Of a DNA stretch of 64,000 nt, positions 1-9,944 are shown piece by piece. Made by a program: the position numbers and the translations under genes. The DNA is from Candidatus Poribacteria bacterium (lineage in GTDB: Bacteria > Poribacteria > WGA-4E > WGA-3G), in NCBI GenBank assembly GCA_965242965.1, contig OZ251518.1, positions 576,001 through 640,000 on the forward strand. Reading direction: 5' to 3'. Position 1 is the first letter of the stretch; every line of letters starts with the position of its first letter. The notes beneath the pieces were generated by a model, which saw only the letters and a list, made by a program, of their open reading frames with translations, had not been told where the DNA came from and did not search any database.

Positions 1-89
1 CACTGTGGACAACGCAAGACGGCGTTCACCCGAACGCGGAGGGACATACGTTGATGGCGTTGGAATTTTTGAAATTGGCGGGGTGGTAA
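1..89 (+). CDS. SGNH/GDSL hydrolase, 3' end only (partial)
   Basis: Frame from nt 3 reads LWTTQDGVHPNAEGHTLMALEFLKLAGW*; DGVHPN..GH is the SGNH block V DxxH motif. Confidence 0.75.
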   Translation, partial: LWTTQDGVHPNAEGHTLMALEFLKLAGW

Positions 90-90
90 G

Positions 91-585
91 TTAATCCGTT
101 TCCAACTGTTTCCGCACCTGTGCCTCGCTAGCCGCCCAGACGCGGTGTCCGAGCACCACGAGTTGCGGCGCGAAGCGAGAGTTCTCGATTTCCGTTTTAA
201 ACGTATCGCCGCCGTGCATTTTGAGGAGGATGAGCGCGAACGCAATCAAGACAACGCTTGAAGCGATGCCGAAGCCGATGCCCAACACGCGATTTAACCA
301 CCCTAAAACGCCTTCTTCAAAGATGCGACGGAGACGTTCAAAGAGGAAATCCACGAGAATGGCGGTGACGATAACCAGAGTGACAATGCTCACCCATTTC
401 GCCACGTCAGGATTTTCGATGAATCGTTGGAGATAAGGGGACAGTTTGGGCCAAAAGTAACTGGCTGTCCAGAACCCCGCGCCTAGCGAGAAAATCCCCC
501 AGACGCTGCGGGTGAAACCAGCGCGGTAGCAACTGAACCCCGCTAAGCCGACAAGGATGAGGATGGCGATATCCAGTTTATTCAT
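91..585 (-). CDS. cvpA: CvpA (colicin V production) family membrane protein
   Basis: MNKLDIAILI...RAGF start, four hydrophobic segments, LGWLNRVLGIGFG motif, terminal S-x-x-A-P; start at the ATG at 585. Confidence 0.8.
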   Translation of the reverse strand: MNKLDIAILILVGLAGFSCYRAGFTRSVWGIFSLGAGFWTASYFWPKLSPYLQRFIENPDVAKWVSIVTLVIVTAILVDFLFERLRRIFEEGVLGWLNRVLGIGFGIASSVVLIAFALILLKMHGGDTFKTEIENSRFAPQLVVLGHRVWAASEAQVRKQLETD

Positions 586-619
586 AACGGTTTGGAAGGA
601 AAAATATCCGTGCAACTAA

Positions 620-1756
620 TTATCGCGACAACGAACCTGCTAACGGAATCTCTGCCAACTTTTTGCGAAATGTTTGCGTGAGTGCCGTTTCAATTGGAAC
701 GCTTTCGTTGAGACGTTGCAGGAGTTGACGAATCCCCGCAAAACCGAATTGCTGAACGAAATATGCCACAATCGCCTCGGATTGGAGATACGCCAGTTTC
801 CGTTGCTTGGCAGGTAGATGGCTGAACGGCTGGTTCAATGCCGCGAAGGAATGCAGATAGCCGTTGGCAAAGGCTTGTTGCAAATAGTGCCGTTCATAAG
901 GGAACATCGGACGGGCAATGTGTTGCGCGAGGCCTTCATCAAGCCAGCGCGGACAGGGATGCTGCATCTGCCGGTGAATGAGGAGATGCACCCACTCGTG
1001 CCGAAGCAGCGCGTAGAGAATGCTGAGCACGGGTTCACCTGCCTCCGCGCAATATGTCAATTGAATCTGTCCATCGTAACACCCACTCGCCCAACGGGGC
1101 AGCGGACTTTGCGGTGCTGTGGAAATCCCGCCGGTATTGGTAATTGTGATGGAAATCGGGTTGGTAGGATAAAACCTTAACAGTTTACCAACTTCGGTGG
1201 AGGTTCGCCGCACGAGTTGCGATATATACCACACCGTTTGCGCGCTCATCGCGGCATCACAGACAAGCGTAAAGCGTCCTAAGTCAGCACGCCAATAGGT
1301 GGTGTGGCGATGGGGCGCGCTACGTCCATATTCGCTGCTCGCTTCTTGCAAAACGGGACAAGGATTTCGGGATTCGTTCTCGTCTTTCTCCAAGCAGTTC
1401 AGAAATTCGCGACTCGGCAGTTCCGGACGGTGCAAGATACCGCTCTCGCCGATGAGTGCCTGGAAGCCGTGTTTTTCTTGTAGGAGGCGTTCCTTGCGCC
1501 GGCGCGCCGTGGGCGAATCCGGACACAATTGGAGTGCGATGTCTAAATAGGTTAATGCCCTATCCCATTCCCCCACCATCTCGTATGCCTTGGCAAGATC
1601 GGCGTAGATATGATGCCGCGTCATGTCAAATTTTAAGCCGGCGAGGTAGTGGCGTATTGCTTCAACGTAGCGCGCCTGCTGGTAGCACAGCGCGGCGCGT
1701 TGGAAATGAGAGAGCGCAGGTGATGCGGTGTATCGCATATCTTCATTCGGCGGCAT
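620..1756 (-). CDS. TPR protein with peptidase MA-like zincin domain
   Basis: N-terminal TPR helices; HEWVH...PRWLDEGLA zincin motif; LAYLQSEAIVAYFVQQFG. Confidence 0.75.
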   Translation of the reverse strand: MPPNEDMRYTASPALSHFQRAALCYQQARYVEAIRHYLAGLKFDMTRHHIYADLAKAYEMVGEWDRALTYLDIALQLCPDSPTARRRKERLLQEKHGFQALIGESGILHRPELPSREFLNCLEKDENESRNPCPVLQEASSEYGRSAPHRHTTYWRADLGRFTLVCDAAMSAQTVWYISQLVRRTSTEVGKLLRFYPTNPISITITNTGGISTAPQSPLPRWASGCYDGQIQLTYCAEAGEPVLSILYALLRHEWVHLLIHRQMQHPCPRWLDEGLAQHIARPMFPYERHYLQQAFANGYLHSFAALNQPFSHLPAKQRKLAYLQSEAIVAYFVQQFGFAGIRQLLQRLNESVPIETALTQTFRKKLAEIPLAGSLSR

Positions 1757-1843
1757 CTAGGAATGACGCAAATCCATCGCGGGCATTTGCGTCACTCCTG
1801 ACGCTGTTTTGGGTGCATGCCGTGCACCCAATCGTTCGGCAAT

Positions 1844-2512
1844 TTACGAACGCTTGATGTTAACTACCTTCAAGGTAACTTTCCCGCACGCCACCGTAGC
1901 ATCGTCGTGGATGGCCGCGGTCTTTTCAACGCGTTCGCCTTCAACGTAAGTCGCACCCGAGCCACCCAGGTCGGTGACGTAAACGTCGTCGTCCTTCTGC
2001 TCAAACCGCAGATGCATGCGGGAGAGCGTGCGAATGGTGTCGAAAGGCTTAGCGGCTCTTTCGGCGGCGGCTGCCGGCGGTTCAACGTTCCACCGGTTCA
2101 GTTCGTCTTCTGTCGGCACCGCTGTTATCGGTGGCAGCACGTCGGTGTATTCGCTGCCTGTCTGCTGCGGGCTGTAACCGGGTGCCTCCATGCCTACCGG
2201 TGCGTATGCCGGTTCCGTGGCTTCGCCTCGGATTTCCGCCAAGATTCTTGCGCGGGCACTTTCCTGTGCGCCGGGCCGCGGGGTAACGGTAGCCCGTTCT
2301 TCAAACTGATAGTGCACGGAGTCAACTATCTGCTTTAGCCCGGGAAAACCGACGGCACTCGGCAATTCCTTCATGAGACGTTTTTGCTTGCGTGTCAGCT
2401 TTTCGTTTTTCAGCCAGCGCGTATACGCCTCTAACATTTCTGCCATTCTCATCTCGTCGGCCGTGGGCTTCACTTGATGAGAGTCTGCGAATCGCTTCCA
2501 AAAAAAGCGCAT
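1844..2512 (-). CDS. FHA-like domain protein, possible ECF anti-sigma/partner
   Basis: C-terminal SRMH...VTDLGGSGATYVEG...CG; GGAGG RBS before ATG 2512; follows the sigma gene. Confidence 0.6.
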   Translation of the reverse strand: MRFFWKRFADSHQVKPTADEMRMAEMLEAYTRWLKNEKLTRKQKRLMKELPSAVGFPGLKQIVDSVHYQFEERATVTPRPGAQESARARILAEIRGEATEPAYAPVGMEAPGYSPQQTGSEYTDVLPPITAVPTEDELNRWNVEPPAAAAERAAKPFDTIRTLSRMHLRFEQKDDDVYVTDLGGSGATYVEGERVEKTAAIHDDATVACGKVTLKVVNIKRS

Positions 2513-2588
2513 GAGTTCTTCCTCCAATTGGGCTCGCCGGACCTGGGACTGCGCGGGTTCGTAGCGCGCCTAGACGCTAACCCGAGTC

Positions 2589-3203
2589 TTAATAGATCCA
2601 TTGAATTCCCTTGTTAATGAGAATTTGCCGCAATTCCTGCGTGCACCGGAAGATCCAGATTTTAACGGTTCCGTCCTTCCGGTCCAGAATGCGGGCGATT
2701 TCGGCGATACTGTAGCCTTCCAGGTGGCGCAGCATCCATGCAATGCGATGGTTCGGCTTCGTCACCACTGCGAGCGCGCTCTCCAAGATCTCCTGAGCTT
2801 CGCGTGCCTCAAGTTGCCGGTCTGGTCCCGGGCGCGGGTCCTCGTATTGGCTCAGCGGTACCTCGTCATCATCAGGTTGTCCACTGAGAGGTGCCTCCCG
2901 GATCCGGTCGCGCTTGCGTATCGCGTCAATAATCGTATTTCGCGCTACCGTATTGAGCCAGGCTTGGAAACTCCCCTGGGCTGTGTCCCATTTTTTCAGC
3001 TTCTGCCAAACTTTGATGAACACATCCTGGGTGACCTCTTCGGTGTCTTGATAGTTACCCAACATACGGTAGGCTTTGCTGTAAACCCAACTATAGTGCT
3101 TATCGAAGAGTTGGCTGAACGCGATTTCATCGCCTTCTTTGGCGAGTGTCGCGAGTTCCATGTCTTCATAAGCTGATGACTCGTCAGGTGTTTGGCGCGC
3201 CAT
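2589..3203 (-). CDS. ECF RNA polymerase sigma factor
   Basis: GDEIAFSQLF, EEVTQDVFIKVW, FQAWLNTVARN (region 2); EGYSIAEIARIL..GTVK (region 4.2); AAGGAG RBS. Confidence 0.95.
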   Translation of the reverse strand: MARQTPDESSAYEDMELATLAKEGDEIAFSQLFDKHYSWVYSKAYRMLGNYQDTEEVTQDVFIKVWQKLKKWDTAQGSFQAWLNTVARNTIIDAIRKRDRIREAPLSGQPDDDEVPLSQYEDPRPGPDRQLEAREAQEILESALAVVTKPNHRIAWMLRHLEGYSIAEIARILDRKDGTVKIWIFRCTQELRQILINKGIQWIY

Positions 3204-3255
3204 AACAATCTGCTCCTTTAGTTCATAAGGATTCTTTCAAGTCGACTAATTCTAA

Positions 3256-3283
3256 TAACGCAGTATCCGCAAATCGCGTTACA
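3256..3283 (-). promoter_or_regulatory. ECF-type promoter upstream of the ECF gene (likely autoregulatory)
   Basis: Minus strand TGTAAC-N17-CGTTA matches the AAC/CGT ECF promoter pattern. Confidence 0.6.
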
Positions 3284-3347
3284 AAAAAATGAAAAAAATT
3301 GTTCCTGCACGCCAAGAAAAACTCATGCGTTAATGTGAATGTCCTTA

Positions 3348-3448
3348 ACTCTAACTTTTTGCGCAGAAATTGTCAAGAAAAATAACAATTCTGCTCAAAA
3401 ATATGCTTTATTCTAACGATTCTTGCAAAAATTGTCAAGAAAAATAAT
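3348..3448 (-). promoter_or_regulatory. Two tandem sigma70 promoters for the ECF operon
   Basis: TTGACA-N17-TAGAGT and TTGACA-N17-TAGAAT, sharing the repeated block TTATTTTTCTTGACAATTT. Confidence 0.65.
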
Positions 3449-3582
3449 TTTTTCGGAAGTTTCGGTTATCCTGCAAATTCGCGATTCAGAACAAACAGAA
3501 GAACTCATGAAAAAATAAACGTGACTTCTATGCTAAAATATGGTATCATCCCCCTAAACACAATTTTTCAACCGGAGACATA

Positions 3583-4476
3583 ATGAAAATCGTTGAATAT
3601 ACCCCTGAATTGCTGAAGCCGATAACTGCCTGCTACAACCGCCTCACCGCGAATGTACCGCACTGCTATCCCGTAACCGAAACGGAATTTGGTGAAGAGT
3701 TGGCGAGCACCCCATCAGAGGAGCACCCTGACATCGTTTTGATTTCGCAGGATACCTTTGTTGCGACATCGGACGACATTGTGCTTGGATTTGTCCAAGC
3801 GCGCGTTGACGAATTGAGGCAACATGCGTGCAACCTCGGCATTATCAGGTTTCTCGGCTACCTCCCCGGCGAACGCCGCGTAGGACAAGCACTGCTTGAA
3901 AAAGCGGAGGCACACTTAAAAACGCAAGATTCAACACGCATCGTCGCCGTTCCGCAAAAATACCGCTACCGCTTCTATCATTTCGGACACGCCTATCTCT
4001 CCAATGGACTCGCACCGGTGCAGGCACTCCTCGCCTTCAACGGCTATGAACGTACCGCTGGCGAGGTGTTTTTGGCGTGGGAGAACTACGATGTCGTGCC
4101 AACGCCGCCCGCGCAACCCGTGGAGATTACTGTCGAATGGACAGAAGGTAGAGGCAAACACCCAAACTGCACCGTGCGCGGTGTCCGCGATGGAGAACAG
4201 GTAGGCGTTTGCGAATCGCTCTGTGGCGGCGAATTCTCCAGCCATCCCGACGCGCAAGACTGGCTGCACACCATGTGGCTCGGTATTGAGGAGGAATTCC
4301 AAGGACAAGGAATCGGCCGCTATCTACTCCAATGCGCGCTCCACGAAATGCGCAAGGTAGGATACCGCCACGCGCTCATTAGCACGGCATGGGATAATCA
4401 CCGCGCCTTCCTCTTTTACAGCAACTTCGGCTACCGCGTCACGGATTGGACGTATGAATTTTCAAAACGTTTGTGA
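3583..4476 (+). CDS. Tandem-domain GNAT N-acetyltransferase
   Basis: RRVGQALL and FQGQGIGRYLL acetyl-CoA motifs; N-x-x-A-x-x-FY-x-x-x-GY. Confidence 0.85.
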   Translation: MKIVEYTPELLKPITACYNRLTANVPHCYPVTETEFGEELASTPSEEHPDIVLISQDTFVATSDDIVLGFVQARVDELRQHACNLGIIRFLGYLPGERRVGQALLEKAEAHLKTQDSTRIVAVPQKYRYRFYHFGHAYLSNGLAPVQALLAFNGYERTAGEVFLAWENYDVVPTPPAQPVEITVEWTEGRGKHPNCTVRGVRDGEQVGVCESLCGGEFSSHPDAQDWLHTMWLGIEEEFQGQGIGRYLLQCALHEMRKVGYRHALISTAWDNHRAFLFYSNFGYRVTDWTYEFSKRL

Positions 4477-7400
4477 TACCTATTTGCGAGACATCCGCCG
4501 CACGCATGAGAACCCGCTCGCAACCGGGGAGCTCTCCCTACATCGGCATTTAACGACGTTCTTGGAGCAAGCCGCTGTCTGCCTCGGCCATAATATCACG
4601 ATAACGCATGAACCGCGGTTGCTTGACATCGGCAGACCGGATTTCATCGCCACGGATACGAGCCAAAACGCAGTGGGCTCCATTGAGGCGGAGACGTTTG
4701 GCACCGATTTAGACGCGCTCACCGGCCATGCGAAAACGCAGAACGCGCGGTTCATTGAAAATGTGGATAATTTTATCCTTACCAATTTCGTTGAATTTCG
4801 TCTGTATAGTGGGGGTGCATTGCGTGCAACGTCACAGGTTATCCCGGGGGCGTTGACGAAAGACGAAACACGAACCCTCTTGTCGCGGTTTTTTGGTGCG
4901 GAGACAGTGCCGCTTGCAACACCGGAGGCACTCGCCAAGCACCTCGCACGGCGCACGCGCGAATTACACACGCAAATCGCAACGACATTAACCAACGAAA
5001 ACAGCAACATATACGGCATGTTCTCGGCGTTCAAAGAGATGCTGCTCGTCACTTTAACACCGACAGATTTCGCCGATATGTATGCACAGACATTGACGTA
5101 TGGCCTCTTCGCGGCGCGTTGCACGCTCCCGCATGCAACGCAGTTTTCGCGGTTGACAGCTGCGGCCGCGGTGCCGCGTTCAAACCCGTTTCTGCGGCAA
5201 CTTTTCCACCACATCGCCTCGCCAAATTTGGAGAGCAACATCACGTGGATTTTAGACGAGATTGTGCAGCTTTTGCGGAACGTCTCTGCCGAGATGCTTA
5301 GCACGGCGTTTGACGCGCGCACGCATGCCGCAGATCCGGTTATTCATTTCTACGAGACGTTCCTCGCTGAGTATGACCCGGGGCGGCGCGTGGAGAGAGG
5401 TGTCTACTACACGCCGCAACCCGTGATTTCTTACATTGTCCGTTCTGTAGACGTGCTGCTCAAAACGAAACTCGGCAAGCCGGATGGGCTCGCTGATAAG
5501 GACGCGCTCATTTTAGACCCGGCTACCGGCACCGGTGGTTTCCTGATGGAAGTGCTGAGTTGCATCCGACGGCACGTCATGACAACCTATGGCAGCGGCA
5601 TTTGGGGGCGTTACGTGAACGAGCACTTAGCGCAGCGGCTCATCGGTTTTGAGGTTCTCGTTGCACCCTATACGATTGCGCACCTGAACCTCTGCATCTT
5701 CCTGCAAGCGCAGGGGTGGAATGAGGATATGAACAACGAGCGTCTTCGCATTTACCTCACGAACACGTTGGAGGCACCGGTGCCGCGTGAGCGATATGCG
5801 TTTGCGCAGTTTATCTCTGATGAGGCGAACGCGGCGGTTTCTGTGAAAAAAGACGCGCCTATCCTCGTCATCGTCGGCAATCCGCCGTATCCAGAAAATT
5901 CGGCGAATCCGAGCCGCGATGGCACTGGTGCACTCACGTTTATCGGGCGGCTTATTGAGGACTATAAGCGTATTGATGGGAAACCACTTGGTGAGAGGGC
6001 TTCAACAGTCCTTCAGGGCGACTATGTCAAGTTTATCCGATGGGCGCAGTGGCGAATTGACAAAACCGGTGAAGGGATTTTCGGTTACATTGTCAACAAC
6101 AGTTTCCTTGACGGCCCGGTTTTTCGTGGCATGCGGCAGAGCTTGATGGACAGTTTCACTGCCATTTACCACCTCAATTTGCATGGAAGTGCCAGAAGAA
6201 CATCTGTTGTTCCAGATGGAGAGCGGGACGAAAACGTGTTTGACATCCAACAAGGCGTATCAATCTTGTTGTGTGTTAAAGCGCGCGATGCTGCTGCGCC
6301 TGCGAGAGTCTATTACGCGGATATGTGGGGTAACCGCGCTGAAAAGTATGGCGCGCTTTTGTCCGCGGATGTTAAAACCACCGAATGGGAGGAGGTGCCG
6401 GCTGTCCCGCCGCTCTACCTCTTCGTGCCACAAAGCACTGAACACAAAGCCGAATATGAGGCCGGATGGAAAGTTTCTGACATTTTTCAGGAACATTCGG
6501 TTGGATTTTTCACGCAACGCGATAAATTGGCTGTCCATCTCTCCGAAGAGGCGGTGCGTCGAACGGTGGCAGATTTTGCTTCACTCTCAGAGGAAGAAGC
6601 GCGGGAAAAATATCAGTTGAAAAAGGATAGCCGCGATTGGCAGGTTCGTCTCGCGCAGGCAGATCTTCGTAAGCATTGTGTCAGGGAAGAAGGACATGGT
6701 GTGGTTCGTTATGCGGCAAAAGACGAATACCTCGCGCAGATGTCCTACCGGCCTTTTGATACCCGTTTCACCTACTACACAGGGCAATCGCGCGGGTTTC
6801 ACAGCACGCCGTGTCGTAAGGTTATGCATCATCTGCGTGCCGGAAAAAACCTAGCACTCTGCACATGTCGTATCGTCACGAACTCGGTTTGGCAACACGC
6901 TTTGGTGACAGACCGGATTACCGAAAAGGGATATATCTCAACGCAAAGAAGTGAGTCTTCTCACGTCTTCCCGCTCTATCTTTATCCGCATACGGAAGAA
7001 CTGGAGTTGTCTACGGAGCGTTCGCTCAATCTATCGCCTGCTTTTCTGAAGGTCCTTTCGGAACAGTTGGACTTGCCGCAAACGGCCGGGTCTGGCCTTC
7101 CCGAGGGCATTTCGCCGGAGGCGATTTTGGGGTATCTCTATGCGATTTTGCATAACCCCACCTATCGCGAACGGTATGCCGAGTTCCTAAAATACGACTT
7201 TCCGCGCATTCCGTTGCCGAGAGATTTGGCGCAGTTCCGCCAATTGTCCGCGTTAGGGGAAGAGTTGATTGACGTGCATCTGTTTCGGAACGTTGCAGTG
7301 CTGCCGCGTCATCGTTTTGAGGGCGAAGGCGATGCCGTTGTCTCGAAGTTGCGTTATGAGGCGGGACATGTCTGGATTAATACGACGCAGCATTTTGCCA

Positions 7401-7582
7401 ATGTGCCGTTGGCAGTGTGGGAGTTTGAGGTAGGTGCATATCCGGTCTGCGAGAAATGGCTGCGTGCGCGGCGGCGACAGCGGTTAACGGCTGTGGAGAT
7501 TGTGCGGTATCAGCAGGTGTTGTCTGCTGTGGGAGAGACGCTTCAGTTGATGGGAGAGATAGCGGCTGTCGGCGGCATTTAG
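4454..7582 (+). CDS. Type IIG/ISP-like N6-adenine methyltransferase with TRD; N-terminal nuclease motif altered
   Basis: GVYYTPQPV, LDPATGTGGF, GNPPY, YRPFD, LKYDFPRIP; N-terminal PD...EAE. Confidence 0.9.
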   Translation: MNFQNVCDTYLRDIRRTHENPLATGELSLHRHLTTFLEQAAVCLGHNITITHEPRLLDIGRPDFIATDTSQNAVGSIEAETFGTDLDALTGHAKTQNARFIENVDNFILTNFVEFRLYSGGALRATSQVIPGALTKDETRTLLSRFFGAETVPLATPEALAKHLARRTRELHTQIATTLTNENSNIYGMFSAFKEMLLVTLTPTDFADMYAQTLTYGLFAARCTLPHATQFSRLTAAAAVPRSNPFLRQLFHHIASPNLESNITWILDEIVQLLRNVSAEMLSTAFDARTHAADPVIHFYETFLAEYDPGRRVERGVYYTPQPVISYIVRSVDVLLKTKLGKPDGLADKDALILDPATGTGGFLMEVLSCIRRHVMTTYGSGIWGRYVNEHLAQRLIGFEVLVAPYTIAHLNLCIFLQAQGWNEDMNNERLRIYLTNTLEAPVPRERYAFAQFISDEANAAVSVKKDAPILVIVGNPPYPENSANPSRDGTGALTFIGRLIEDYKRIDGKPLGERASTVLQGDYVKFIRWAQWRIDKTGEGIFGYIVNNSFLDGPVFRGMRQSLMDSFTAIYHLNLHGSARRTSVVPDGERDENVFDIQQGVSILLCVKARDAAAPARVYYADMWGNRAEKYGALLSADVKTTEWEEVPAVPPLYLFVPQSTEHKAEYEAGWKVSDIFQEHSVGFFTQRDKLAVHLSEEAVRRTVADFASLSEEEAREKYQLKKDSRDWQVRLAQADLRKHCVREEGHGVVRYAAKDEYLAQMSYRPFDTRFTYYTGQSRGFHSTPCRKVMHHLRAGKNLALCTCRIVTNSVWQHALVTDRITEKGYISTQRSESSHVFPLYLYPHTEELELSTERSLNLSPAFLKVLSEQLDLPQTAGSGLPEGISPEAILGYLYAILHNPTYRERYAEFLKYDFPRIPLPRDLAQFRQLSALGEELIDVHLFRNVAVLPRHRFEGEGDAVVSKLRYEAGHVWINTTQHFANVPLAVWEFEVGAYPVCEKWLRARRRQRLTAVEIVRYQQVLSAVGETLQLMGEIAAVGGI

Positions 7583-7628
7583 GTTTCTCAAATCTGTCGT
7601 TTGAGTTCGCCTAATCTCAAATTGGGAA

Positions 7629-7657
7629 TTGATTTTTACAGCGCGATGTGATATAAT
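7629..7657 (+). promoter_or_regulatory. sigma70 promoter
   Basis: TTGATT-N17-TATAAT with TG extension, followed by AAGGAGG RBS and ATG 7680. Confidence 0.6.
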
Positions 7658-7679
7658 AATAACTAAGGAGGAAGTATCT

Positions 7680-9341
7680 ATGGAAAACCGACAAACTAAA
7701 ACCTTTGAAACCCGCGGGCCCGTGAAACCCGAACGCAACTATGTTGTCGCACGCACGGAGGAACTTGCCGATTTCATTGCCCGCGTGAAAGAGGGCCGTT
7801 ACGTCGTCATCTTCGCGCCGCGGCAAACAGGGAAGACGACGTTTTTCCGGCGTGCCTTGGAGCAGTTCGCCCCCGAAGATTCGGGCTATTTTCCGCTTGC
7901 GTTGAGTTTCCAGATCTACCAAAACGTCGCGCCTGCCGTCTTCTACAAGCAGGTGTGCCGCAAGATGCGCCAAGGCATTGAGAAGGTTTTCTCTCAGCGC
8001 GGCCAGGTCCCGTCGGATGCCCTCGCGCAATTTTTGGCGAATACGACGATTGCCGATCACGTCGACATGCTCAATTTCTTTGAGGAGTTGGCAGGCTTGC
8101 TGACGCAACGGGTGGTGATTATCATTGATGAATTTGATGGTATCCCACAAGCCGCCTTGAGCGATTTTCTTTACACGCTTCGCGATATCTACCTCGAAGG
8201 CGACACATCCATGCGGTGTCCTTACAGCGTCGGCATCGTCGGCGTTAAAAGCATTACGCAGCTGAATTACGACAGGAGTATCTCGCCGTTCAATATTCAG
8301 GATGAGTTCGCGCTGCCGAATTTCACACTCGCACAAGTGCAGGAACTCTTCGGACAGTATACCGACGAGGTGGGACAGGCGTTCGCACCGGAGGTGATTG
8401 AAATGCTGCATCGGCAGACAGCGGGGCAGCCGTTTCTTGTCAACCGCCTCGCACAAATTCTCACCGCTGAACTGGATATCCCGAAAACGGAGACGATTAT
8501 TAGTGCGCATTTTGCAAAGGCGCATACCGCGCTCCTCTTAGAAGAAAACGTCAACTTCCATCATCTGACTACCAATGTCCGCCGGGACCCGCGGTTTGAA
8601 CGCATCCTCATGGACATTGCCACGTCGGAAAAAGGTGTCAAGTTCAAGCCGCGCGATGAACTCATGAGCGAGCTCGCTTCTTACGGTGTTATCAAGAAAG
8701 GAGCCGGTGACATGTGTGAGATTGTCAATCCGATTTATCAGGTGTGCATCCTGCAGGCGTTTGAACATGGGATTAACGGGCTGCAGCATGCCTACTTCCC
8801 TGAAGACAGCGGCATCCGGTTTTCGGATTACCTCACCGCTGATGGGCATCTCGCCATGGAGCCGCTGTTGGATAACTTCCGCGACTTCGTCGCGCGCATC
8901 GGATTCCGAATCCTCCAAGAACCAGATCTTCCGAGAGAATCGATTGGACAACATCTGCTGGCGACATATCTCGATGCGTTCGTGCGGACGACGCGCGGAA
9001 ACATGTATCTGGAACTGCCGACAGGGCGGGGCCGGATGGATCTGGTAGTGTTGCACCGCGACCGGAAGTATGTCGTGGAGTTCAAGATATGGGGCAGTGA
9101 ACGGGGGTATCAGAGCGGCAAGAAACAGTTGGCTGCCTATCTCCAGTTAGAGGGGGCATCGGAAGGCTACTATGTCGTGTTCGACCATCGTGAGAATCCG
9201 GAGCCGCGCACGGAGACAGAGACGGTGGACGGTTCCCGTATTCGGAGTTATGTGATTCCGGTGGTGCAGGAGCGGCCGTCCGATCTCGCGGAGGAAGAGG
9301 AAGCATATCGCCGTGCAGTTGTCAGGAAACACAGGTTCTGA
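7680..9341 (+). CDS. AAA-like ATPase fused to C-terminal PD-(D/E)XK-type nuclease domain
   Basis: Walker A APRQTGKTT, Walker B IIIDEFD, SPFNI, GQPFLV; C-terminal E..TGRGRMD...VVEFK...G..QL..Y. Confidence 0.85.
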   Translation: MENRQTKTFETRGPVKPERNYVVARTEELADFIARVKEGRYVVIFAPRQTGKTTFFRRALEQFAPEDSGYFPLALSFQIYQNVAPAVFYKQVCRKMRQGIEKVFSQRGQVPSDALAQFLANTTIADHVDMLNFFEELAGLLTQRVVIIIDEFDGIPQAALSDFLYTLRDIYLEGDTSMRCPYSVGIVGVKSITQLNYDRSISPFNIQDEFALPNFTLAQVQELFGQYTDEVGQAFAPEVIEMLHRQTAGQPFLVNRLAQILTAELDIPKTETIISAHFAKAHTALLLEENVNFHHLTTNVRRDPRFERILMDIATSEKGVKFKPRDELMSELASYGVIKKGAGDMCEIVNPIYQVCILQAFEHGINGLQHAYFPEDSGIRFSDYLTADGHLAMEPLLDNFRDFVARIGFRILQEPDLPRESIGQHLLATYLDAFVRTTRGNMYLELPTGRGRMDLVVLHRDRKYVVEFKIWGSERGYQSGKKQLAAYLQLEGASEGYYVVFDHRENPEPRTETETVDGSRIRSYVIPVVQERPSDLAEEEEAYRRAVVRKHRF

Positions 9342-9344
9342 AAT

Positions 9345-9899
9345 TCAGACAGGGATTTTGGTTACGTCAATGAACCATCGCGCTTCTATCATCCTTTTCG
9401 CTGCTTCGGCGGTTGCTGGCTGATACGTTGCGAATTTCACTTTGTCGCAATTAACGAGGAAATGCCGGATTTTGTCTACGTAAAGCGCGCCTAATTGTCC
9501 TTCTGATTGTCCTTCTGTTAGTTGCGCGAGCAGCTGCGTCGTTGTCAATTCCAATGCAGGGATACGGTAGCGCGCCTCAATGTATTCGCGTATCACGTGT
9601 GAGATTTGCGTGTGATACGCGTTCAATTCACCTCGCGTGAGCCATTCGGATGCCTCAATCGCTGCGAGGCGTTCATAAGCGATTTCGTGCGGCGGACAGA
9701 CTTCCCCCTCTTCAATTGACGTGGGTGCCGATGTCTGCCGGCGTTGCTGCAGGTAAAACCAGACGAGCATCGCAATAATGACGACGAGAATGCCGCCGGC
9801 GACAAAATAGGGGAATAGACTTGGCTGTGGCTCAAGTGGCGGTTTGATGTCGCGCAGGCTTGACGGTGCTTGCGAAAGGAGTTGATAGAAGGAGGACAT
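9345..9899 (-). CDS. Single-TM membrane protein (BatD-like/DUF4381-like)
   Basis: LRDIKPP + TM helix + PPHEIA...IREYIE.RY...ALELTT...CD.VKFA. Confidence 0.55.
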   Translation of the reverse strand: MSSFYQLLSQAPSSLRDIKPPLEPQPSLFPYFVAGGILVVIIAMLVWFYLQQRRQTSAPTSIEEGEVCPPHEIAYERLAAIEASEWLTRGELNAYHTQISHVIREYIEARYRIPALELTTTQLLAQLTEGQSEGQLGALYVDKIRHFLVNCDKVKFATYQPATAEAAKRMIEARWFIDVTKIPV

Positions 9900-9944
9900 G
9901 ACGCGGTTTTTGCCGGTAGGCGTGCTTTGCAAGCGCGCAGCGGG

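Noticed and set aside
4480-5322. Long antisense ORFs (also 7617-8525, 56912-57796, 58349-59140)
   Set aside because: Shadows of well-supported genes on the opposite strand in GC-rich DNA
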